Of a stretch of DNA of 64,000 bases, positions 53,640-64,000 are shown in pieces. The position numbers and the translations under genes are program-made. Under the pieces are notes generated by a model. The model searched no databases. It worked only from the letters and a program-made list of their open reading frames with translations, and had not been told where the DNA came from. The first letter of the stretch is position 1. Every line of letters starts with the position of its first letter. Source of the DNA: Desulfomonilia bacterium (GTDB taxonomy: Bacteria; Desulfobacterota; Desulfomonilia; UBA1062); NCBI GenBank assembly GCA_963664325.2, contig CAXXDQ010000008.1, positions 96,001 to 160,000 on the forward strand, in the 5' to 3' direction.

Positions 53640-54812
53640 ATGACACAGCGCGCATTTCTTGAATTCGAGAATATCTCCAAGAGCTTTGGAAATGTTCGTG
53701 CTGTTGTGAACACCTCGCTCTCGATAAAAAAAGGTGAATTCTTTTCGCTCCTCGGGCCTTCCGGTTGCGGGAAAACTACCCTGCTCAGAATGGTTGCCGG
53801 GTTTGAAAAACCTGATACCGGTAAAATCTATCTGAATGGTGAAGATATAACCGATCTTCCTCCGAACAGACGCAAAGTAAATACGATCTTTCAGAATTAC
53901 GCACTCTTTCCCCACCTGACCGTATGGGACAATATAGCATTCGGTCTTAAAATCGAAAAACGCCCCAAAAGAGAGATCGAGGACGAGGTTCAGAAGATAC
54001 TCAAACTCATTCAGATGGAAGACCAGGCATGGAAATATCCGGACCAGATAAGCGGCGGCCAGAAGCAGAGGGTTGCAATAGCAAGGGCACTCATCAAAAA
54101 ACCGGACGTTCTCCTTCTTGACGAACCGCTCGCCGCACTCGACCTGAAATTAAGGCAGCGCATGCTTATAGAGCTTGATCTTATTCATGACGAGGTAGGC
54201 ATCACCTTTGTGTATGTTACTCACGACCAGGGCGAGGCAATGAGCCTTTCGGACAGGATAGCGGTTATGGACAAGGGCATTATTGAGCAGACTGGAGCCC
54301 CTATGGAAATATACGAGGCGCCGAGCTCAAGTTTCGTGGCGGCGTTTATCGGAGATACGAACTTCTTTGAAGGCCAGGTCAAGGATGTCATGAGCAGTGA
54401 TTATCTCAGGATTGACATAGGCGATTTCCCTGATGTCGTGTGCTTCAATGACAAGCAGAGGAAAAAGGGCGACCTTGTCTACCTGAGCGTGCGTCCCGAA
54501 AAAATCCGCATATCCCGCGATAAACCCTCAGACGACTCCCTGCACAACACCGTGAAAGTCCATGTGGAAGATGTCATATACCAGGGCGCCATGACAAGGT
54601 TCTGGGTAAGCACAGGGGAATACCGGCTTGCGGTAATACAGCAGCACAGCCGCTTTCTCCTCGATGAAAAGCCAATACGCTGGAATGAGGATGTCTGGAT
54701 ATCATGGCATGCGGATGACGGGTTCATGCTCGAGCGCTACAGTGAATCGGATGAGGAACTGATGGGTGTTCCTCCCACCCATGTCGGGGATACAAACGGT
54801 GGTGAAGGCTAA
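53640..54812 (+). CDS. potA: Spermidine/putrescine ABC transporter ATPase
   Basis: GPSGCGKTT, FQNYALFPH, SGGQKQR, LLLDEP. Confidence 0.92.
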   Translation: MTQRAFLEFENISKSFGNVRAVVNTSLSIKKGEFFSLLGPSGCGKTTLLRMVAGFEKPDTGKIYLNGEDITDLPPNRRKVNTIFQNYALFPHLTVWDNIAFGLKIEKRPKREIEDEVQKILKLIQMEDQAWKYPDQISGGQKQRVAIARALIKKPDVLLLDEPLAALDLKLRQRMLIELDLIHDEVGITFVYVTHDQGEAMSLSDRIAVMDKGIIEQTGAPMEIYEAPSSSFVAAFIGDTNFFEGQVKDVMSSDYLRIDIGDFPDVVCFNDKQRKKGDLVYLSVRPEKIRISRDKPSDDSLHNTVKVHVEDVIYQGAMTRFWVSTGEYRLAVIQQHSRFLLDEKPIRWNEDVWISWHADDGFMLERYSESDEELMGVPPTHVGDTNGGEG

Positions 54813-55674
54813 TCCCGGGAAAACAAATGAGTGGCTGCTGACGCTGCCCTCACTTGTATGGCTGTCTGTTCTGTTCCTGCTGCCAACAGTCATGATTTTT
54901 GCAATTGCCTTCAAGCCGCCGGATATGTATGGCGGATTTGCCACGGGATGGACCCTGAATACATTGAAAGACCTGGCGCAGCCAAGTTATCCGATAATAA
55001 TATGGCGCACAATTTATCTCAGCTTTCTTACAACCGTTTTTTGCATTCTCTTTGCAACGCCTGCAGGGTACTGTATCGCCAGACTCAAAGGCAAATGGCG
55101 ACAGATATTCCTGTTGCTTGTGGTGATACCGTTCTGGACGAGTTTCCTGGTCAGGATATTTGCATGGAAAGTCCTGCTGCATCCTGACGGAATAATAAAA
55201 AAAACATTGGTTTTTTTGCATATCATCAGCACGGATACGTCGTTGCTGTACAATGCCGGAGCCGTGCTGCTGGTCATGGTCTACAACTTTCTTCCTTTCG
55301 CTATCCTGCCCATTTATGCAGCAGCTGCGAAGTTTGATTTCCAGCTGGTCGAAGCAGCCCAGGATCTCGGGGCGCACAGGTTCCAGAGCTTTATGAAGGT
55401 TTTCATCCCCGGGATATGGCGCGGGCTTGTTACCGCTATTCTGATGGTTTTTATTCCCGCACTTGGTTCATACGTTATTCCTGATATTGTCGGCGGAACC
55501 AGCGGTGAAATGATCGGAAACAAAATAGCCCAGAGGGTCTTCACCGACCGTAACCTGCCTCATGCCAGCGGATTGTCTGCATTTCTGACCATCGCAGTAC
55601 TTATTCCCATGATAGCCGTTCTTATAATGCAAAAGCGAAAGAAAGCAGCCCCGATAATCGAGGAAGAGGCATGA
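54799..55674 (+). CDS. potB: Polyamine ABC transporter permease
   Basis: PFWTSFLVR, EAAQDLGA loop. Confidence 0.88.
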   Translation: MVKANPGKTNEWLLTLPSLVWLSVLFLLPTVMIFAIAFKPPDMYGGFATGWTLNTLKDLAQPSYPIIIWRTIYLSFLTTVFCILFATPAGYCIARLKGKWRQIFLLLVVIPFWTSFLVRIFAWKVLLHPDGIIKKTLVFLHIISTDTSLLYNAGAVLLVMVYNFLPFAILPIYAAAAKFDFQLVEAAQDLGAHRFQSFMKVFIPGIWRGLVTAILMVFIPALGSYVIPDIVGGTSGEMIGNKIAQRVFTDRNLPHASGLSAFLTIAVLIPMIAVLIMQKRKKAAPIIEEEA

Positions 55675-56444
55675 ATAAAAGCAGGCTTCCCCTTGTCATA
55701 ACAGTTGTTGTGCTGGTCTTTTTTTACCTGCCTGTAATTGTTCTTGTGGTAAATTCATTTAATGCTGCAAAATTCGGCAGTTCATGGGAAGGGTTCTCCC
55801 TCATCTGGTATCAGAAGCTTTTCCATCACCGCGAAATATGGGCTGCCGTAAGGAACACAATTCTCATAGCATTCGGAGCAACAGCGCTGTCGGTCGTTAT
55901 AGGCACGACTGCCGCTCTTGCCCTGCATCGGTATCAGACAAGGCTTCAGCAGACACATTATATGCTCATATACACCCCCCTTGTTATTCCGGAGATCCTC
56001 ATGGGCATAGGTCTTCTGCTCTTTTTTGTGGCAATAGGCATGCAGCTTGGGCTTTTTACCATTATGATTTCTCATGTTACTTTCTGCATAAGCTTTGTCG
56101 CCATGGTAGTCCTCGGGCGGCTTCAGAATTTTGATTTTGCCGTTGTGGAGGCTGCACAGGATCTCGGGGCAAGCTGGCCTACAGTGGCATTGAAAATACT
56201 TATCCCGCTACTGTCGCCGGGCATAATTTCAGGCGCACTTCTTGCGTTCACCCTTTCGATTGATGATTTCGTAATAACGTTTTTCGTGGCCGGCCCTGGT
56301 TCAACAACTCTTCCTCTTCGCATTTACAGCATGATAAAACACGGGTCTCCGCCGCTGATCAACGCACTCTCAACAATACTGCTTCTGGTCACATTTGTGG
56401 CCGTGGTAATAAGCCAAAATCTCATAGAGGAGGATGAAATATGA
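55671..56444 (+). CDS. potC: Polyamine ABC transporter permease
   Basis: EAAQDLGA, AFTLSIDDF, TLPLRIYSM. Confidence 0.9.
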   Translation: MNKSRLPLVITVVVLVFFYLPVIVLVVNSFNAAKFGSSWEGFSLIWYQKLFHHREIWAAVRNTILIAFGATALSVVIGTTAALALHRYQTRLQQTHYMLIYTPLVIPEILMGIGLLLFFVAIGMQLGLFTIMISHVTFCISFVAMVVLGRLQNFDFAVVEAAQDLGASWPTVALKILIPLLSPGIISGALLAFTLSIDDFVITFFVAGPGSTTLPLRIYSMIKHGSPPLINALSTILLLVTFVAVVISQNLIEEDEI

Positions 56445-57550
56445 GAAATAAAAGTATTTTGCTTATGGTCATTGTCATTGTGCTTGCCGCGGTGCTGATT
56501 TACTTCCTGTTTACGGACAGGGGGGGCAATAACAGACCTGCTGCCGAAAACAAACCTTCACCTGCCGAGTCGGCAAGTGTTGAGAAGTCCGAACTGTTTG
56601 TCTATACATGGGCTGACTACATCAAGCCGGAACTGGTACAGCGTTTCGAGAAAGAAAACAACTGCAGGGTGACAATCGATACATTTGATTCCAACGAGGC
56701 CATGTATTCCAAGCTTAAGGCCGGTGCGACAGGCTACGATATAATCACACCAAGCAGCTACATGGTTACTCTTTTAAACAAGCAGGGAATGATAATCGAT
56801 CTTGACCACACAAAGATTCCGAATATCTCAAACATCGACCCTGATTATATGAAACTTTCATTTGACCCTGACATGAAATACAGTGTGCCGTACATGTTCA
56901 GTGTAACAGGCATAGGATACCTGAAGAGCAAGGTCAAAGATTTCAAACCGACCTGGGGAGTTTTCGGCAGAAAAGACCTGAAGGGAAGAATGACCATGCT
57001 TAACGATATGAGGGAAACGATAGGCGCAGCATTGAAGTTCCTCGGTAAGAGTATCAACAGTACTGATGAAAAAGACCTGGAAGCTGCCAAGAAGGTGGTT
57101 ATCGGATGGAAGAAAAACCTGGCCAAGTTCGAGAATGAACAATATAAGACCGGTCTTGCTTCAGGTGAGTTTTATGTTGTGCATGGTTATGGAGGCGACC
57201 TGATGCAGGTTCAGTCTGAAAATAAAGATATTGAATTCGCCATCCCCGAGGAAGGGACTTCTGTATGCTTTGACGATCTTGTAATCACTAAGATGGCTAG
57301 GAATGTCGAGCTTGCATATAAATTCATCAATTTCCTGCATGATCCTCAGGTCGCATCGGAAAATACCGAGTTCATCAAATACCTGTGCCCGAACAGGGCA
57401 AGCTATGACAAACTTCCTGCTGAAATCAGGAACAATCAGGCAATTTTTTTGAAACCTGAAATCAGGGCAAAGTGCGAAATCATAAAAGACCTTGGCGACA
57501 ACAATCCAAAATATACTAAGATCTGGGATCAGATTAAGGCTGCACAATAA
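56441..57550 (+). CDS. potD: Polyamine ABC transporter substrate-binding protein
   Basis: YTWADYI, FDSNE, YDIITPS.Y, PEEG. Confidence 0.9.
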   Translation: MRNKSILLMVIVIVLAAVLIYFLFTDRGGNNRPAAENKPSPAESASVEKSELFVYTWADYIKPELVQRFEKENNCRVTIDTFDSNEAMYSKLKAGATGYDIITPSSYMVTLLNKQGMIIDLDHTKIPNISNIDPDYMKLSFDPDMKYSVPYMFSVTGIGYLKSKVKDFKPTWGVFGRKDLKGRMTMLNDMRETIGAALKFLGKSINSTDEKDLEAAKKVVIGWKKNLAKFENEQYKTGLASGEFYVVHGYGGDLMQVQSENKDIEFAIPEEGTSVCFDDLVITKMARNVELAYKFINFLHDPQVASENTEFIKYLCPNRASYDKLPAEIRNNQAIFLKPEIRAKCEIIKDLGDNNPKYTKIWDQIKAAQ

Positions 57551-57557
57551 ATCCTTC

Positions 57558-57599
57558 AGCGAGGCATCCTGATAATCCGTTATGGGGTGCCTCGCTTTC
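57558..57599 (+). terminator. Terminator-like hairpin after potD
   Basis: AGCGAGGCATCC...GGGTGCCTCGCT-TTC. Confidence 0.7.
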
Positions 57600-57831
57600 A
57601 ATTAGAATATTTAAATTCTTTTTTCAGGAAAAATGCCTGAAAAACGCTACAGGGAAAGTTTGATCTGTCCGATTAATCAATGACAAGCTGAAAAAAGATT
57701 AAATATTATGATAACAGAAGAAAAATAAAGTATTATAAAAAAATCAAGAATTGATTGCTTAAAACGACTCCTCACACAAAGATATAAAAGAATACCGGAC
57801 TTGATAAAAAAGGCTGACGGAACTATCGATG

Positions 57832-57858
57832 TTAGCACTCGTCATAAGAGAGTGCTAA
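57832..57858. promoter_or_regulatory. CIRCE element (HrcA operator)
   Basis: Perfect TTAGCACTC-N9-GAGTGCTAA upstream of groES. Confidence 0.97.
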
Positions 57859-57899
57859 CAGAAAATAAAAAAACAACAATTATCAGGAGGTGTTGGTTT

Positions 57900-58187
57900 A
57901 TGAAGATCAGACCGTTGCAGGACAGGGTTCTCGTCAAGAGGCTCGAAGAAGAAGAGAAAACAAAGGGTGGAATTATCATTCCGGATACTGCAAAAGAAAA
58001 ACCGCAGATGGGGAAGGTAATTGCGGCAGGCAAAGGCAAGAAGACCGAGGACGGCAAAGTCGTACCGCTTGATGTCAAGGCCGGGGACAAAATTCTTTTT
58101 TCAAAATATGCCGGAACAGAAGTCAAGGTTGAGGGTGATGAGCTTCTCATTATGAGGGAAGACGACATTCTCGGTATAGTCGAGTAA
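57900..58187 (+). CDS. groES: Co-chaperonin GroES
   Basis: [12 protein letters not shown]...[13 protein letters not shown]. Confidence 0.98.
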   Translation: MKIRPLQDRVLVKRLEEEEKTKGGIIIPDTAKEKPQMGKVIAAGKGKKTEDGKVVPLDVKAGDKILFSKYAGTEVKVEGDELLIMREDDILGIVE

Positions 58188-58200
58188 ACAGGAGGATTAG

Positions 58201-59847
<1,647 letters not shown>

Positions 59848-59866
59848 TCTGATCAGATTTACAACG

Positions 59867-59899
59867 AAAAGGCCTGCCTATCAGAGGCAGGCCTTTTTC
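59867..59899. terminator. Bidirectional terminator
   Basis: AAAAGGCCTGCCT-atcag-AGGCAGGCCTTTT between convergent genes. Confidence 0.88.
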
Positions 59900-59911
59900 T
59901 GTTGATAAAAA

Positions 59912-60580
59912 CTAGAATTTAATTTCGGGTCCTCTGACGTCTCCCTTGATAAGATTACCTTCGATTATCCTCAAGAGATCCCTGATTATATGTTCTTTAG
60001 AAATAATCCTTTTATTCTGGTGCAAAACAATCACGCTTCTCAAAATTATTTCATTCAAGAGACCCGCCAGTATAAATGGATGGACATCAATCAGCTGATC
60101 GGCATCCTGGGCCTCTTTTATCATGTTCATCAATCTTGTTTCCAGTTCACCGTAATCATTTATATTTTTAAGTGCAAGGCTTGAGCTGTTCTTTTTCCTC
60201 TTGTTGTCATTAGCCTCCACCTCGGTAGTAAAAACGTTTATCAGGTTTGAATTGTCGATGTAAAGATCAAGAAGTTTCAGTACCAGTTGTTTCAGTTTCT
60301 CAAGCGGAGATATGTTTTCCAATGAGACTTCGTTATAAACCATCGTTATGTCTGAAATCACATCTGAAACCAGTGCTGCAAAAATCTCTTCCTTGTTCTT
60401 GAAATGGTTGTATATCGTACGCCTGTCAAAACCGGAATATCCGGCTATATCTTCCATTGTAGTACTGCCCAGACCCTTTTTAAAAAAAAGCTCCTTGGCA
60501 GACTTCAAAATGATCATTCTGTTTCTTTTGATCTGTCTTTTTCTTCTTACCAGTTTTTCCTTAAGTAATTCGTCTTCCAT
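59912..60580 (-). CDS. TetR/AcrR-family regulator
   Basis: TTMEDIA...RRTIYNHFKNKEE. Confidence 0.92.
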   Translation of the reverse strand: MEDELLKEKLVRRKRQIKRNRMIILKSAKELFFKKGLGSTTMEDIAGYSGFDRRTIYNHFKNKEEIFAALVSDVISDITMVYNEVSLENISPLEKLKQLVLKLLDLYIDNSNLINVFTTEVEANDNKRKKNSSSLALKNINDYGELETRLMNMIKEAQDADQLIDVHPFILAGLLNEIILRSVIVLHQNKRIISKEHIIRDLLRIIEGNLIKGDVRGPEIKF

Positions 60581-60799
60581 AATTCAGCTTTTTGATCCAA
60601 GTTTATTTTTTTAAAGATGCCAATTCTCCGTCCAACGAGAATGCTATACAGATTCTATTCAAGTATTTCAAATAAATAACTCAATGTTCATGTGACGCTA
60701 CCCATGATCCGTTACCATGTAACAGGCGTCACGAATCTCACACTGGAGTATATCATAATTGTTTCAGCGGATTCCAATAAATTGCCAGGAAAGAAGGTA

Positions 60800-62099
<1,300 letters not shown>

Positions 62100-62162
62100 G
62101 AGGGCCTCCTTATAATTATTATGCCTGGATTATGCAAAAAGGAAAAAGATATAGTCATGGCC

Positions 62163-64000
62163 TTATTTTTCAAGGTATCCATATGTCTCATCAGCAAGCC
62201 TGCCGATTTCTTTTTCATTTTTTATTTTGTTGTCCTTGTCAACGTAATCAAGGGTTTTAAGCTGTTCCATGGCACCTTTGAAGTTCGGAATGCAAAGGGC
62301 CTCCGGCCGCTGGATCTCGTCTTTTTTAAGCATTATTTCAGCTTTTGATTCAAATGCCTTGAAGATATCCTTTGAGCCCGAAACCTTTTTTATGTTTGTA
62401 AATACAACCAGGTATGATTCAAGATAATCCGTGATCAGGCCTGCAAAATCCGAGAGAAGCTGTGAGACGTTTTTCTCGGGAGAGATATTGCCCCAGTGTT
62501 TCTTAAGAATTTTCTTTTCAATCAGATAGCCGAGCGTTTCTTCAAAGGCGTCCTTCTTTATGGAAAACTCCTTTGAAAAAAGGGTTTTAATTCTGTTGTA
62601 CTCATCCTCCAGGGTTTTTTTTGGGAATACCGGGAAGTTTGAGTATAACATTCGAAATGATCGCAAGCGGGACAAGACAGTTGATAATGTTGTTTCTGTA
62701 ATAGGCTACATGGATTCTGCAATCATTGTCCACTTCGTAAATTGCAGGTTCGTCCTCATTTTTATCAACTGAAACAAGACCTCTGCCCTGAAGAAGCGCG
62801 GCTGCTTCGGAAAAGGCTTTGTCAGAGTCTTTTAAAGATTCAGACATGTCATAACCGAATGATTTCAGGTAGTCGGTGTAAATCTTAAAAAGGTTTATTG
62901 CATCGGTTTCATCGATAGCGCCTTTTCTGCTCATAATTGCGGCAGCAAGGACGGAAGTTGATGTCGCTACGGTTTTATTGTTTATTGAACCCAGTATCTC
63001 CCATGAAAGTTCCCGGGTGATTATGCTTTGATCCGCCCCTGACTTCTGTATGGCATCATTTTCTCTGGCAAAGTCCCTTATGGAAAAAGGTTCGGAAAAG
63101 CGCACATAAACTTTTCCATACCTTCGTTTTAATATCCTGCTCGCTTTTATAAGCTGGCTGATATTCTCGTTTTCCTTCTTGCCACCCTTCATTTCCATTG
63201 CATAGGCGTCTTCTTCGATAACGAGGTCATAACCTATGTAAACAGGTACAAAGATAACGTCTTTTTTTACAGAGCCCTGTTTCCATGCATCGACGATCAT
63301 TGAAAGGAGTCCCAGTTTGGGCAGGGCCAGTTTGCCGGATCTGCTCCTGGTCCCTTCCATAAAGAACTCGATGGGGATTTTCTCGGAAAGTAAAGTCCTT
63401 ACATAGGCGGCAAACGTTCTGCTGTACAGCTCGTTTCCCTTGAAGGTTCTCTTTAGGAAAAATGCGCCGCTTTTGCGAAATATCTTGCCGAGGGGGAAAA
63501 ACGAAAGGTTTGCCCCGGCCGCAATGAACGGCACGCCCATCCAGTTGCGATACAGGACAAAGGACAGAATCATATAGTCCATGTGGCTTTTGTGGCATGG
63601 AACATAAACGACAGGCCCCTTGCGCGCCCATTCCTTTACTTTTTTAAGGCTGTCCATATCAATATCAAGGCCATTGTAAATATTATTGAATATCCATGTG
63701 AAGACCTTTTCGAAAACCCTGAGGTAAGACGGGTCCATATCCGATGCCGTCTGTTCCAGGTACTTTTTGGCGGTGTTAAACTTCTTCAGGTTTTCAGGGA
63801 ATGTGACATCTCCGATATATTCCGCCAGCCTTGTGTCCTTTAGTGTAGTGTTTATTATCCAGTCTTTTTTCTTGATAGGCGCACCCGATATGTTTCTGCC
63901 AAGCTGGGCGATCGTCTGTCTCAGTCTGTTTTTAATGTCTTCCGCCGTATCTCCTATGAACTTGTCATCTGATGTCCTGCGGGAATATTCCTGGAGGTTC
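62163..64000 (-). CDS. plsB: Glycerol-3-phosphate acyltransferase PlsB-like (5' end outside window; frameshifts)
   Basis: HKSHMDY, GAFFLKR, FFMEGTRSRSGK. Confidence 0.85.

Noticed and set aside
57801-57899. Extended GroES N-terminus in the ORF track
   Set aside because: It overlaps CIRCE and the promoter region; the true start is ATG 57900 after AGGAGG.

Overview
Window from an anaerobic, probably syntrophic deltaproteobacterium (Desulfobacterota; Syntrophales-like gene content). 1-23.1 kb is core and energy metabolism: acyl-CoA ligase, an acs-etfBA-Fe-S oxidoreductase block, a porin-like gene behind a sigma54 promoter, hflX, a four-subunit 2-oxoacid:ferredoxin oxidoreductase, two TMTC-like TPR proteins, waaA and rpe. 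At ~23,143 an abrupt junction truncates both rpe and a GntR gene. 23.6-39.2 kb is an uncharacterised beta-oxidation-type cluster followed by a CoA-activase, dodecin and an MFS transporter. 39,774-51,812 is a ~12 kb integrative element in tRNA-Glu(CTC), bounded by a 52-bp direct repeat. It has a phage-satellite-like backbone (integrase, HigBA-type TA, excisionase, winged-helix replicase with iteron-like repeats, PC4-like protein, small terminase-like gene) and a XerC/D dif-like site. Its cargo is an integrase-less cluster of integron attC cassettes in divergent arrays, plus a doubly truncated chromosomal-looking fragment. 51.8-64 kb is backbone: tRNA-Gln/Glu, a TGS GTPase, potABCD, CIRCE-groESL, TetR, eno and plsB. 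Many genes, especially at 1-34 kb, contain single-base frameshifts that look like long-read consensus errors. All calls are by eye; no searches were run.
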